The notes: generated by a model from the letters alone, not told the origin. A stretch of 64,000 nucleotides of DNA from Octopus vulgaris (GCA_951406725.2 OX597826.1:81778001-81842000), one strand, 5' to 3'; counted from the stretch's first letter, positions 15,245 through 30,689 are shown. Translations and numbers: made by a program.

Positions 15245-15790
15245 ATTGTTTATGTCGACACAAGACCTGAAAGTTGGTAGAGGAGACTAATCAATGCCAT
15301 CGACCTCGGGACCTGACTGGGTTTTATTTTACAAACCCTAGAAGGTTGAAAGAGAAAGTGACCCAGGGGTATTTGAACTCAGAGCCCAGGGTACTGAAAC
15401 GATTACTGTAAAGTATTCTGTCTGGTAGTCTAAGAAGCAATAATCATAAAAATAATCATTGTTTCTAATTTAGGCAGAAACCGTAGAGACTGAGTTCAGT
15501 ATTTAATTGCTGCTTTCTTTCCATGGACCCTGGAAGAAGGAAAGGCAAAGATGACCGCCACGCAATTCGAACTCAACGTCGTGTGGCGGTACAGTATTGC
15601 TTTGTAAAAGCTTTACAATTCTGCTAAATCACCACCTGTCATAATTGCATTTAGGCATAATCGCGATTTAGACACAAAACCCGTAATTTAAGGGGATGGG
15701 GGTTAACCGAAACCATTGAATTTTAGTGACTGATTGGTACTTTATTTCATCGACTCCGCAACGATGAAAGGCAGAGTCGATCTCGGCGGA
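15245..15790 (-). mobile_element. Three tandem decayed SINE copies related to family B
   Basis: Repeated degenerate matches to ctggtac..tttatcgacc..gaaaggcaaagtcgacctcggc..ttgaactc at about 15300-15385, 15500-15575 and 15730-15790. Confidence 0.6.
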
Positions 15791-16061
15791 TGCAAGACAA
15801 TTATTATTAATCCAACATATTTTAAATACTTTACTATTGTTAAACCAGAAGGAATTCATTATATATATATTTCAGAAATATGATAACGGTGCGCGTAGTA
15901 TATATAGTTTCTCTGGGTGAAACATTAAAAATATCGTGAGTAAAACAACAGATGAAAAAAAAAATGATAAAAGATGTATTTTGTTAACTTTTTCTAACAA
16001 TTGGAATCTTCTAGACTGGAAATGTAAAAACATGATTCCCACGATGGAAATGAAAGAGAAG

Positions 16062-16130
<69 letters not shown>

Positions 16131-16489
16131 TGAGAGTGGGAACCGAAAAAGTATCATTTTGGGTCTATAATTTAGATATTTTGAAGCCTTTAATTATTTA
16201 GGTACGGTAATTATCCAGACAAACAAAACAGTTTGAAATCTCGTACCTAAGAGGATAAATCCTACGTGACAACGAAATAATTGGGCCGCACTGTACACGC
16301 ACCACACACACACGGATGAACATTCATACATCATAGACAAACAAACTTATACGGTGTCAGTTTTGGAGAATTAATTATTCCGAAGATCGCTTCGCCTCCT
16401 AATCTGGAGTTGCTATCATTTGCCATCAAGCGATTTGTCTACTTTCACTGGAAGCACAGAGAATTTTAATAAATTACGAATTTGTTTTA

Positions 16490-16900
16490 AGTTAAGTTAA
16501 TTTTTTGGCTCAAAAAGCAAAAGCGAGGCCATGTAGGGGGACATGGAGTTATGTACAGGGAGGGTGTTCATGCAAAGAGTTCAGGCCATTTCTGGTCAAG
16601 AGAGACTTTGAACCGAGCGGTCGTCAGCATCTTCACCATCTCGTCCGGCAGCTTATTCCACGGATCCGCAACCCGGACGGAGAAAGCTCCTCTCCTACGA
16701 TTGAGATGAAATCGTCGCAGGTAGAGCCTTTCGGAGTGACCCCGCAGCCGATGCTCTGGAGCAGGAGTGAAGAACAGCTCTTTCAAGAGGTTACACTTTC
16801 CGCTTATTATGTTGTGAGCAAGAATGAGATCACCACGGCGTCGTCGTTTTTCTAGAGAATAAAGGTCGAGCGTCTTCAGCCTTTCTTCATAAGACAAATG
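16490..16900 (-). mobile_element. CR1-clade LINE, 5'-truncated 3' end
   Basis: ORF SYEERLKTLDLYSLEKRRRRGDLI...LRGH...FSVRVADPWNKLP is the CR1 ORF2 C-terminus. It is followed by a short 3' UTR and a (TTAAC)-type tail. Confidence 0.9.
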
Positions 16901-18226
16901 TATGTCATATTCTTATTTCTTTTTGTGGCTCAAATACAGACCTCGAGCCATTTAAAGAAATTATTTGCCCTAAATCATTTTTTCTTTCACTAACGTTAAT
17001 TACCAACACAATAAATGTGTTCTATTCTATGCTTGAGTCTCTCTTCTGCTGAAGATAAGGTGGGACAATTCCCCTGCTGATGACGGCTACTTGTAAAGAC
17101 ACATTTTTCCACAGCTGTTCTATTGTTTTCAGGCAATCAAATGTGGCACTGAACAATTCTTATTTCCACTCCTCATTTGCAGTTGGTACGGATAACAAAC
17201 CAAGTAATTGTTCTACCCTCTCTGCAAGGGGAGATGATTTCAATAAACCAAGAATTTATCTTGTGTTATTTAGCACTGCCTTCTACGTCTACGTTGTTGA
17301 AATATTACACTGACAACACAGTTATTTCCCTTTGCTCATTTTGCATCAAACACTCAAATGTGTGTGTGTGTGTGTGTGTGTGGTTAAATATAGTAAAAAA
17401 AAAATGAAAGTTGTAAATTAAGACAAAGCTGAATGAATGTCACGAAAAACAAGTAAATAGTTGATATGAATAAAATAAATGTTTGCTATAAAGAAGTGAG
17501 AGTTGTGATCCATGGCTGGAAAGACAGAAAAATCCGAGAAAAGAAGAAAAGAAAAAAGAACAAGAGGAGATGCGAGTTTAGTATGATTTAACCCAGCTTC
17601 TATCTCCTCACTTTTTCTTTTCTTCTCTACCTTCCATGTCTAATACGGATTCGCCATTCTTCTTTCTTCATCAAAAACTAATTCATTCACGGGTTTATCT
17701 TAAATTTCTTTCCTGTTATACACTTTCACCCACATTTTAAAAAATTTCTTTAATTTTTCTCTTTCTCCTTTTTAAAGACTTTCCTCCCTCGCTGCATTTA
17801 TTCTACCTATCATTATACCTATCATTATACCTATTATTACACCTATTATTACACCTATTATACACATTTCCAATAGTAAAATCGATTTAGGTTGTTCATG
17901 TTTTATTTCAGTTTCAACTCGTTTTTCAATATTTATGACGCTTAGTCAGGGGAAAATTGCGTTCATCCTACAAATTTGATAAATTTGAAAAATAATAATC
18001 TCTTGTCCAATCAGATTTAAATGTTTATTTGATGAGTAACTAAATAAATTATCACTGCATCATTTCTGAATAAATATAAAAACGTTATATTTCTTAAAAA
18101 ATAAAATGAAAAAAAGAGGTACGTGTTTTACATGAAACTTGAAATGACAGTTTATGATTTTTTTTCAACCTTTTTTTTCTATGGTGTTCGAATGCTATGT
18201 TGCCTTCAACTTATATGCTGGCATGT

Positions 18227-18260
<34 letters not shown>

Positions 18261-19297
18261 GTACGCGCGTGCATTTCTATCCTGAATTGGTGACTCTCCC
18301 CGATAAGCAATGGTCCTTCCAGGAAGAAAAGAGATGTTGAGCTCGCTTTTGAGGTCCGAAAGACAGATATAAGGATGCCGGAGAAGTGTGTCAAATTCCA
18401 TCACCTTAGTCCGGAAATTAACAAGGTTTTTACTCGACATAGGAATCCCATATTGATCGGATAAACCGAGTTTGTGCCTTCAATCATTTCAGTCTATCCT
18501 GTTGCAGAGTGTGCTTTTACCATAACTATATATGCCTTTATTTGGTTGGCATCTATCCTACTGATGGCGCCATTCGTTTTTTAGAACCACACTTATTGCA
18601 CCCGTTTTCTGCGACTTTGAGATTTCGGTTTCAGCTATTTTGTTCTCTGAAAGGATTTCTGTTTAGGATTTCCTAAGAATTGTACATATTTTGAAAATTT
18701 CTGATTAGGTGTGGCCAAAATATTATGTAAATGTTGTTATTTGCAAATATTGAAAGAAGTTCTTTTCTTTTGTGGGAAGGTTTATGGATCTGGTTGATGT
18801 GCAGTTCACATGTGGTAAGTGTCTAAGATTGCAAGACCTATCACTCACAATCATACATGACCCATGGAGGCGACATTTTCTGTATATACATACATGCATA
18901 TGGTTGCCCTCGTGTAATTAAATTACACAAATCTAATCAGAATCACTTCACACATTCACATATAGAATAGGCACAAACACCAACAAAAACCAACACACAC
19001 ATACACATACATACACACGCACACTAATATTTATACGCAACCATTAATTCCACAGTATGCACAGAGTTTAAAATAGCATTTTAAATAAAAATACATGAAA
19101 ATTAGGATTATGTGACACCCCGTGCCCCTCGCCTACACTTGCACCCCAGAATTAAATACTAAATATTAATGCTATAATCTCTAACACATATACAAAATTG
19201 ATTATGGATATGAAACATTGGATTGTATTTCGCTGTAGAAACCTTGTTTAAAACAACTGATGAATCAAGATAGCAAAAAAACATGAGATATAAGACA

Positions 19298-20551
19298 ATA
19301 GGTAGGTAGGTACCGCTCCAACATGGTGAAATTACTACTTTTCAATATGTGTGAAATGAAATTTGTTTTAGAAAATTTGTATACATTTGTGAAATGATTT
19401 TCTTTTGTTTTTTTTAGATTATTTCAGAGCTAAACTATGATAGTTTTGCAGAAATGCCTATTTAAGCTGTAATATAATAAAAAACTATATAACGGTAACT
19501 AGAAGTAAAAGCCGTAATTCAGCATTTGGATTTCCTGGAGAATTTCCTACAGCAATGACCCCCATCAAAGGCTGATGTATTCCGACATTATTAATACACA
19601 AAGAAATGTGAAGAACAGATATGAAACACTTCACATGTTACTGGATCGTTGCTGCAGATGTGCAAACAATATGGGACAAATTTTCTTTTCCTTGGATTGG
19701 GTTTGAGGGAAGAACTCTAAAAATTGGGAGATTGACTGAATCTGCTTATAAATTAAACAAAATACCCATCAAGCAAAGAGGAGATGGCTTTGGTAAGGAA
19801 GTTAGAGGAATTCAAGGAAATGTTTGCTATATGCACCTGCACGTGTTGTGAAAAACAAATAAGAATACCTGACTCTTATAACCAATGCCTCTTCCTTGTC
19901 ACAGCCAAGGAGTCGAGTTTGTCATCAATTTAGCGACAAAAGCTTCTGAAGTCAGGATAGGCGACGGAAATAGGCTGAAATTCATATTAAATGTACAGAA
20001 ATCGAAACAAAGTTGACCTCAATTTGACTGGAAAAGACAATAGTCATTTCAAAAGTAAACACTATTTATGCTTGTTTTATGGCGTTCACTGTTCATGTAT
20101 TCCGTTTGAGGTTCGCGACTTTTTTGTTCTTTTATTGCATATCATAATAGTCGTTAAGAATTTATAGAATTTACTCTTTTTTTTTTACGTTGAAAGTGCT
20201 TTTCTGAATATATGCTTTTTTTTTTAAATAAAAAAAAACATTAATACAAACTATATAAATAAACAAAGGTTCCAATAACTGTTTTTTGTATCGGGTGAGT
20301 GGGGGGTGTATAGAATTTATAAAATGTTATATATAGGTAGTATTTAAGCAATACAAAGTTAATAGCATTGACACAGTTTACAGTTCCTTACATTTCCAAT
20401 ATTGAAAACGCAGAATTAGGGTGGTGGTGGTGGCTATGCGAGGTGTAGGGGGTGGTTGCATACTTTTCAAAATTTGCAAATTCATTTCTCACACCAAAAT
20501 GAACACCAAGCAAAATGTGGAATCAGAATATAAAATTTCGACCCCTACCTA
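19298..20551 (+). mobile_element. Possible decayed DNA transposon (hAT-like N-terminal region)
   Basis: Broken peptide PSKADVFRHY...VAADVQTIWDKFSFP. Loose inverted ends: taggtagg..gtgtgaaatgaaatttg versus caaattcatttctcacac..cctaccta. Family assignment is weak. Confidence 0.3.
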
Positions 20552-22608
20552 ATATGTATGTGTCTATATTTCTGTGCGCTTATGTACGAGTGTACCTCTG
20601 TGTGTGTGCGTGTGTGTGTGTGTTTATAAACAATGAAAATTGCATACATTTGTCTTGGTGCCAGAATCCTTCCCACAGATTTTGTCAAATGTGACGGTGC
20701 TGCTGTTGGCATTCTGGTGGTTCTTTTTGCGGTGGTGCCTGCGGTGAGGATGGTGGTGTGACAGTGTTGTTGTTTCCATTAGTGATATTTGTGGTGTTTT
20801 CGGTGAAAATGTTGGTATTTGGCTTTGACAGTGGTATAGGTTTAGTGGCAGTAACTCTATGGTGGCGGAGGCGTAGTGGTGGTGCAAAGATTAAGAGAGG
20901 TGTTCTGTCAAGAACGACAGTCTTACCGAACAATACATGGCAGTTATATGGCTGATTTCTTATACGGTTCTAGATTTACATGTAATACTGCATTTGATCG
21001 CAGAGTGTGGTTAAAGGAATCAAATGCGCTAACAACAATAATAATAACCCATCCAAAATAGAGTATTTTCATCCAAAACGGAGACGAGTAGCACGACTGA
21101 ATAATTGTGAAGCTTTACACGTGAAACCATTGGTTGCCTTACATCGATGACTTTGAGCCGGTGAGTATTTATCACTCAACTTTTTTGAGAAGGTTCAAAG
21201 AGGAACACCTTCAAGGGATCATCTATATGATATAATAGGTAAATCTTCATTTATCAGGTCACATTTTAAACCAAGATAACATAGATCCGATAGTATTGTT
21301 TTATATATCTCTGCCTGATAATAAGATCGGATAATCAAGACTGGAATGTTTTTGGTGATAGGTTTGCTGAATGAAAATACACACGAAGCTAAGTACCACG
21401 TCCACTGACTCCAAGAATATCAACAACAAGAACAATAACCACAGAAACCGGTATTTCAGTGGTTTGAATGTTGCTTGCCAGATCTGTGTTAAATATGGGC
21501 CAAGCTACTTATCTTTCAAATGCTCTACATAGATGCTCGTAGATAGAAGAATGGAACGACAATTCTCTATAATTAGTCGTAGCCTTATGAAATTGATGAA
21601 AGGGTTGCTGGTTTTCATTGGGGATTTAAATACATCCTGCGAAAATTAACTTCGATAAAGAAGTCCGTGGATCACCGGTTCAAACGACGTTATTTCTCTT
21701 TACCACAGTGTGCTTACCTCAGCGAAATATAAAATCTCTGTCATCTGGTGACTCAGGAATTAGTATTTTAGAGATATTGCAGCATGCAAAATAAATCATG
21801 TAGGTTAATTTTTAATCGGGAAATATTTCAAAACTTACTCCTAAATAATTTCGGTATCGTAACCACTTGGGAAAAGACGCAGATCAAAACACCGAAGTTT
21901 CACAATTGCAATCGAGTTAAGTTTTATCAGCGCCATCTTTCTTTTCCCAAAATATATTAGACTCGCGGATTACATCATGACAGCTAAATAGATTTTGGCA
22001 TTAATTTTCTTGTTTCCTCACCACGAACACTACACCACTTCACATATTTTATTGGATAATTCTAAATATTAATGTAAGGGTTCACCGACACTTTTAAGAA
22101 CAATAAAGTATTTTTAACTATGCTAGTTCAGTTTTTATGATGTAATGACACGAAATTGATAGAACAGAGAAGCTGTGCGAAGTCTTAATAATTCTATAAA
22201 AAAAAATACTTAGTTTTGCTAAATGAAGCCACGTATCATCTCTTTGCTATTTAATCTTAGCAGATTTCGCCAGTATACTGTGGTATTTGGCTGCATATAT
22301 TAAACGTGAAGTTTTTGCATGACAGAAGAAAAGACGCTCCGTTCACATTGCCAAGCTTTCGGTGAATGTCAATATACTTGTGAGAGACAAATAAAAGAGG
22401 AATTTGTAGAAGAGGAACAGTGAGAGTGTAAAGAGTAAGTACAAATAACAAAACATGGAACAAAGTCGAACGTTAAGGGTAAAAAGAAAAACAAATTTTA
22501 TATATGAAAAATATTTTAAAAGTAAGGATTAATGAGTAGAATGTATTCTAACAGTTGAACTAGCAATTTGTACTTTTACCTTTGATGACGGATACAGGCA
22601 CAGACCCA

Positions 22609-22655
<47 letters not shown>

Positions 22656-23545
22656 AGAAACACATACATGTACGAATACTTGGGTATGTATGCATGCATA
22701 TACCTATATATATATGTATAACAGGATATCAAGTAGTGATGCAGTACGAGCGTTTCGAGCGACTCCAATTAATTGAACGATGCAGTCATTACATCTACTT
22801 AAATGCAGTGCCACCATCAGCTGCACAAATAAATAAATAGAATCTTAACCAGTCGGACACATTAATGAAACTTTTCTCAAATACTTTAGCAGAGCAAGAT
22901 GGAAGAAATTCCTGTTGTCGCTATTGTGGCTAAGAATAGACTACACTTCCAAGAATCGCATGAAGCCCATTAGGGGTCATAGCTTGTAAAGGATTATGAT
23001 TCATTTCTAATTTATTTATATCTCCATCAACTACTAAATCTAAGACTAGAAGACTTTGTCTGTTTTGAATAAAGGGCAGGAGTGTGTTGACAGCTCATGG
23101 CTAGGTATGGTAATAAATATTGTCATATGTAACACTTTTCCTCTGAGAGGAAAGAAGATATTACGGGTAGTCAACTGGATATAGAGTAACTGTCTGTAAA
23201 AAGAGGGTATGCAGGGGAAGACTCTAAATCATGATGTTAAGTACCAGTTAAAGGGACAAGACAACTGGGATGTCAATGCAGAGGAAATTTTATCTTGGGA
23301 CACTATGGGTGATTGTTTATTAACAATATTGTTATGTTGTATAAGATTAAGATTTTCAAAAATCATATAACCAAAATAGGTAAAGTGTACATATATATCA
23401 ATTATAAACATCAAAAAGGAAAGATTACACAGAATCAGTTTCATATTCAATCATGTACTTAATTATTTACTTATCAGGTGGTTTCTGTAAAGACTACTCA
23501 GAGCATTTACTTATGGAATACTGGAAAGATAAACATGCTATCTAT

Positions 23546-23606
<61 letters not shown>

Positions 23607-23815
23607 GCATACAGGGTGTGATTGGTAAATTGTCACCATTGCGAAGTTGTCTGGAGATTGTGGTTGAAACCAATGGTAATTTTATTGAATAAATTTACTC
23701 TTTAGTATTTCAAGATATTTTTATGTAATTTTGGTAAATATATGTTAAAATGAGATGTCAGTGTTGTTTTCACTTTGCGTAACTTAGACGGCAATTCATT
23801 CACCACACACACATA

Positions 23816-23849
<34 letters not shown>

Positions 23850-23971
23850 TATATGTATAGATGTATATATACATATGAATGTATAGATGTATATATACAT
23901 ATGAATGTATAGATGTATATATATATATATATTCATGTGTTTATGTGTATTTGTATGTATATATATATATA

Positions 23972-25115
23972 TTAGTTGGAATTTACAAAAAAAAAAAACG
24001 AAGACAGATGTCTAAACAACAAACAGGTGTATTAGTTTAACGCTCGGGAAGGTCAGAAAGTATTTTACGTTTCGAGCCTATGCTCTTCAACAGAAAGGAA
24101 CTCGAGAAAATAAACAGATGAGAATAAAAAAAAGCTTTAGTAGCTAGCGGTCGATCATGGTGATGGCCGGACAGAGTTGGTCAGTCAGGAGAGCTAGGGA
24201 AAAGGGGAGATAATAAAGTAGTGGTGATCCCAAAATGTAAGTGCGCGTTCGTGTGTATGTGAGAGCGTGTGTGTGCGTTTGGATAGGGGCTGGTGACCTT
24301 GACGTGTGGGTGTGTGCAGGGGGGTGCGATGTAATGTGGTGTGGTGATGTGTGGTGTGTTGTGTTGGTGTGTAGTGTAGTGATGTGTGGTGGTGTTAGGT
24401 GTGTGGAATGCAAGGGTAGGGTGGGGTATGTTGGAGTGGGTTGTAAGGGTGAGGTATGTTGGATGTATAGGAAGGGTGGAATTGGGTGGGGTGGGATGTA
24501 ATGTAGAGGAATGATGGGTTTGAGATGGGGTAACGATGGAGGGGGTGACAATGAAGGGATAGGGTGGAAGGCAGAAGGTTGGTTGGAGTGAAGAGAGGAA
24601 GTAGGTGTGAGAGGAAGAGAGAAGAGTTAAATGAAGAGAGGAGGGGAGTTGAGCCCGTGTGGCGCAAAGGAGTGAAGACGGGAGTCCGGATGGCCCGTGT
24701 GCAAGGACAATCCGAACACCGACAGGTGTTGTAAAGACTGACCAGTAGAACGGAAATGGCGCGAGACCGGTGTACCATTGTGGAGTCTGATGTGTCGGAG
24801 GTGTTCCGCGAACCGGTCAGCCAAGTGGCGTCCTGTTTGACCGATGTACAGAGGGTAGAGAGAGAGCAGGAGATGTAGGAAATGACGTTGCTAGAAGTTC
24901 AGGTGAAGGAGTCAGTGATATGACAGGGTCTATGATGGGTGCCCGTGAGGATGGTGGTGTTGGAGAGGTAGGGTGCGGTTGGTAGGTTAGGGGAAACGGG
25001 ATATGGTGTGGCAGGTGCTGGGGAGAGAGCAGATGCTCGGTCCACGGAACGTGCTCTAGCAAGCGCGGTGTGGATAGTAGTGAGTGGACATCCACGAAGG
25101 ATGAAGTGGCGAGCC
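23972..25115 (-). mobile_element. Penelope-like retroelement, 5'-truncated: GIY-YIG endonuclease remnant, CA-rich spacer and terminal repeat with hammerhead motif
   Basis: Peptides MARHFILRGCP..ARARSVDR, FT*TSSNVISYISC and LYIGQTGRHLADRFAEHLRHI..PVSRHF match the Penelope GIY-YIG domain. (TA)n lies on both sides. Confidence 0.88.
24062..24098 (-). ncRNA. Minimal hammerhead-like motif, variant core CUGUUGA
   Basis: Reads CCUUU-CUGUUGA-A-GAGC(AUAG)GCUC-GAAA-CGUA-AAAU at the 3' end of the Penelope element. Confidence 0.6.
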
Positions 25116-26009
25116 ATATATATATGTATATATATATTCGTGCTATATGGAGAAAGTTTATCAATGAAACCTTCAAGCATAAATATATATAATAACCATA
25201 TTTATCTATGCTATGCTTCTAAAGAAAATACCAAGCATAACACATTTGGCGGAGAGTGCAAAACGATCTCCAGATGAGAAGTTTGCCAATTCTTTATTAG
25301 CAATGACATTCTCCCTTCAATTTTAACTATTTTTTCTGTCACTATCAAACTTTGGAATCACAAGAACTATGAACACAAATCTTTTCCTGGTATTTTGAAA
25401 TAGAAATCCTATTTATTTAAGAAATTAGCAAATACATTAATAAATTATATTCAGAGAATTAGAAGAGTTAAATTCTTACTCGCAGAATCAGTATTAGAAT
25501 GTCTGAACATTATACAGTTTCAGGTAGCAATTTGTTTAGCTGAGTAAGTGGGGCCCAATGCCACAAAGCTGTACCCCCCCTCCATGAATGAGAAGTACAT
25601 TCTAGAGAGTTTAATTTAAGACGATCGATTTACGGAATCGCAATAGTGTCAACCAAAATATGTATTTAGCGTATTTTGTTATAGCAATTTAAATGCCGCG
25701 TAATTAAAGTTTCTCTTTAATCATTCTGGTCTGGAGCTAATGAAATGAAGTGCCAGTGCCGAAATAGCTGGAGACTATATTCTATTGGCTGTACTGACCG
25801 TTACAATAATGCTGTTGTCAGTCTATCGATAGCGACGATAACAACGAAGGTAGCAGCAGATGCCGAGGCAATAACTGCTGCTGCTGCTGCTGCTACTACA
25901 AATCGTGTGAGTATTTCGATTCTACCTGTTCTTCTCCCTTTTCATGAATAATATTAAAGAAAAGTTTCAAATTCTTTGCAAAATTCTTGCAAATAGCTAC
26001 TTCATAGCA

Positions 26010-26360
26010 AATGAGGAGAGGAGGAGACCCCTTTGGTCATGACTGACCATGGGATTGCACCTAGTAAGTTACTCTCAGTGGCACAAATTCGGGTAAGGTT
26101 GTTTGTGGAAAGCCAGCAGTCGCCCATGCATATCAGCCTCCCCCTCTCCACACCACTGATGTTATCCAAGGGAAAAGCAAAGGGGCTGATACAGATTGGC
26201 ACCAGTGACGTCGCAATTCATATCTACAGCTGAGTGAACAGGAGCAACGTGAAATAAAGTGTCTTGCTCAAGAACACAACACGCAGCCCAGTCCGGGAAT
26301 CGAACTCACAACCTCACGATCGTTAGCTCGACGCTCTAACTACTGAGCCATGTGCCTTCA
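26010..26360 (-). mobile_element. tRNA-derived SINE with CORE-like domain (family C)
   Basis: Minus strand has A box tggctcagtagttagagc and B box gagttcgattccc, followed by tgtgttcttgagcaagacactt, which resembles the CORE domain. Confidence 0.85.
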
Positions 26361-26868
26361 CATAGCAAATACTGGTCGAAAATACAGCCGTTACTACAAC
26401 GGTCGCAAAAGTAAACTTTGTATTAACATGCGTCCATTATCATCTTTCTCTTTCTCCCCCCTCTCTCCCCCTCTCTCTCACTTTCTCCCTCCCCCCTCTC
26501 TCTCCCCCCTCTCTCTCTTTCTCTCTCTCCCCAAAGTTAACTCATTCACTATTAATTATTTTTACCCACCATAAATTTTGGATTAAACTTTACTTATGCA
26601 GACCAACTCAGGCTGCTTGGATTCCGTATGTTACATTCGTAAACTATATCATTGGCCAATTCTGTCTCCGCATGAGAAGCTCCTCTCTTCAGGGAACACA
26701 TTATTATACTCTCGGGCCAAAGCATATCAACACTGGAGGCTATTCCGAGCTTAGCCATATCCGCCATTCGCAAATCGATTATCACAACCTTGCAAATCGA
26801 TGATGGCGAACATAAAATAGCTATAATTTACTGTTACTGATATCATTTGGAGTTACTAGTATCTGCAG

Positions 26869-26893
26869 GCACACACTGACACACACACACACT

Positions 26894-26934
<41 letters not shown>

Positions 26935-26973
26935 ACACACACACACACTGACACACACACACACACACACACT

Positions 26974-27024
<51 letters not shown>

Positions 27025-27142
27025 ACACACACACACACTGACACACACACACACTGACACACACACACACACACACACAGACACACTGACACACACACAC
27101 ACTGACACACACACACACTGACACACTGACACACACACACAC
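26869..27142. repeat. (CA)n microsatellite periodically interrupted by CTGA
   Basis: Read directly. Confidence 0.95.
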
Positions 27143-27835
27143 TTTGCACCACACCCCTATATAGAGAATGTTTACAGAGAGTGGAATCACTATATATTTA
27201 TAGAAATATCGATTGAATGATGGAAGTACTTTGACAAAAAGATGCAAAGCATAAACTGAAACACACGTCTATGTGTGCGTGTGTTTGTGTGCGTGCGTGT
27301 GTGTGTGCTTTGGTATGTGTATTTGTGCATCTGTGCTTGTGTACGTATACACGTTTTTGTATATATATATATACATTTATATATACAAATACACACACAC
27401 ATACATATATACCGCTAAATTATGTATCACACATACACACAAACATAAGGACACACACACACAGAGATGTACACACAAACACTCATACACACATGTTTTT
27501 AATGCACAGACATTGAACAACTTCAATTTTTCCCAATTCGAAAACTTATTTGTGATTACCTGTCGCCGAAGTAAGCAGACTTTTCTCCAACTATTATATT
27601 ACACTAAATTACATTAGAAAACTGCAATATTTACGTTGATAATCACATCTCTGATGTAATTGACTCACTCACTCGTCTTTGTCAATATCTCTCTCTATAC
27701 ATCTGTTTGCCTCTCGCTATCTCTCCACCTCTCTCTCTTTCTGTATGCATTTTTTGCTTAATTTCTCCCTCCCTCCTTCCCTCTCTTACTCACTCACTCA
27801 CTCATCCTTGGTCTCTCTGTTTATCCGTCCATCAG

Positions 27836-27877
<42 letters not shown>

Positions 27878-28604
27878 CATCTATGTCTTAGCACCGCCAT
27901 ATTACTTTGCAGTCAGGGTATTTTATTTTGCACTTACAACAGTTTCTCCGGTATTTAATGATGTATTGTAGTTCGTCCGTTTTCAGTTACAGCATATGTC
28001 TGTCTGTATGCATTTACCTGTATATTTGTGCATGGAAGTATTCATGCTTATATGCTTGCACGTATGTATGCGTGTGTTTGGTTGTAGTTTTCGAAATTCT
28101 CAACAATGGGGAACGAGATTATTTTTAGCCTCAGACCAAGTCTCGTTAGAATATAGGCAACTTCAAACAGGGTATTCCTGTGGGTATATACGTGTGATAT
28201 GTGTATGGATATGTGAATGTATAGGCCACCCCGATGAGAGTTGCCTCTGGGTAAAAGCAACATTAATACACCAGCTTGTAGTAAAGCTAGGCGATTCACA
28301 GACGGATGTGTTGCATTTAAGACGACGTGCAATTTCATCTAGATTTAGTTCAGTTTTGGATTTCATTAACAAAAAAAAAAAAAATGACTCTTAGTTTCAT
28401 AAAATAAAGGAATTATAAAAGATAAAAATTAATTTAGAATGACTTTGTCGGCAGTTTAGGAAATCGGATACGATCTGGTGGTTTCCCACAAGTGGTAGCG
28501 TTTGTGATTACTGGGTCAGCTGTTATTGTCATTTCCTACAACCACAGGACATATGCATGCACACGCACATACACACACACAGACACACATAGACACACCC
28601 ACAC

Positions 28605-28658
<54 letters not shown>

Positions 28659-29479
28659 GCACAGGTACACATTCGCAGTAAAAATACAGATATTCAAATA
28701 TTCTCATAAGCTGTTGTATCCCTTCCTGCCAAATGCAATACTGCACCAAATCATTTTTCATTTTATTGCACACACACACACACACCATCTCATACACACA
28801 CACCCTTGTATGCAAACATTTTATTAAATAGAGATCTCTTGACGTCTTCACCCGTTTTCACTTGAGCACAATGCATTGTTGTATGCAAAATAAACACAGA
28901 TATAAAGTAAAGCAACAAACCCACACATGAATAAATAAATAAATAAATAAATAAATGGATATAGAAACTAATAAGTGTGGGGTGGGGTTGGGGGGAGGCA
29001 AAGAAAGGGAGAAGGACGAAGAAAGGAAGCGAAAGCATGAAATATGCCGATTTCTATTTGTTTTATCTCGATATTTATGCTTTTATTTTGTATTGAAAAG
29101 TAAGATCATGTTGTCTGACATTTGAATCTAATTTATCTCAACATAAAAGAGTTCTGTGTATCGGCTGTGAATCTCGGAATGGAAACACATCTAGCACATC
29201 TTCAATGTCTTCTCTCTCCAAGAAGATATATTGAAATTTGCCGGAGAGATTTTCCTAAACAAAAGATATAAAATGGACGAAATGCTATGCTGTACTCATC
29301 AAAGCAACAATGCAAGGCAAAACAAACCGTAACGACACTATGCGGAAATAAATGCATACATAACAAGCAGACACCATGTACACATGTATACGAGAATATG
29401 CCTGAGAGTCTGTGTGTGTGTGTGTGTGTGTGCGCGTGGATAACCGTGTGTCTCTGCCTTTGTTTATATTTCCTCAAGT

Positions 29480-29522
<43 letters not shown>

Positions 29523-29970
29523 TGTGTGTGTGTGTGTACATGTATGCACGTGTATACGTGTGTGTGTGTGTGTGCATATATATATATATATATCTATGTA
29601 TATATTATTTATAAACCACAGATATATTCACACATGCAAGCAAGCGCACACATACACAAAAATATCCATACACCTACGTGCGTACACACACCCTGATATG
29701 TGTGTGTGTGTGTGTGTGTCTGTTGCTGTTTGTATGCATGTGTGTGTAATGTAAACGGCAACAATTGAAAAGAGAACGAAGCAGGTATTGAAAGACAAAC
29801 GAAACTCCTACTTCAATCGCAGCTAGATGTTGTTTAATGCAATTTGTCTTAATATATATATTTATGTTTTTTTTTTCCTATCCCGCCTCCTCTGACTCTG
29901 ATCACTTGTCAGCTTTTGATCGCAAAATATGAATATTCTAACAGCATTCTTTCATCTATTCCATACTTTT

Positions 29971-30003
<33 letters not shown>

Positions 30004-30275
30004 CAGCAGCCTTTATTTATTTAATTTCGTTTCGTTTTGTTTCGCTTTTGATTTGTTTTGTTACGTTTCGTTTCGTCAAAGTTATACAGTTTTATAGTGG
30101 CGCTAGAAAGTCAGAATTACATTAATAGAATAGAAATGATAATTAATACTTGGATGTATTGTCGTTGCAATTACAGCGGATCTCTTTTATATGACGATTC
30201 GTTTTTCGATTATGATAGCTGATAATTTTCTCAGTGATTATCACATACCCCCTCCTTACCCAAACACACAACACA

Positions 30276-30319
<44 letters not shown>

Positions 30320-30689
30320 TACGCATACATGCACACACTCCTCCATATACACAAATAGAGAGATTGTATTTTCTCCCATGAAACTAAGCAACTCTCTCGT
30401 GTTTCTCCCTCTCTTTCTCTCTCTCTCTCTCTCACACACACAAGCATTCATGCACACAACACGCTTAAAAACTCTCACACACGTACGAATACAAATCAAC
30501 ATAAACTTACACACGTACACGCATACAAACAAATTGCTTATTTACCCATGTACACATCCACATTTCCTGTGTAAACACAAGCAATTTCACAAGACTCGTA
30601 TACATAAACACACATACATGCATACACACACACACACACACATACATACACACATACACACACATACATACACACATACACACACACAC

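Noticed and set aside
20685-20856. Pro/Asn/Thr-rich minus-strand reading that could be a terminal exon
   Set aside because: Low complexity, a mediocre acceptor, and a phase-2 start incompatible with the only identified upstream donor.
28225-28265. CCGATGA followed by a GTTGC/GCAAC stem, resembling half a hammerhead
   Set aside because: The core has a mismatch and no GAAA or cleavage triplet follows. At best it is a truncated relic.
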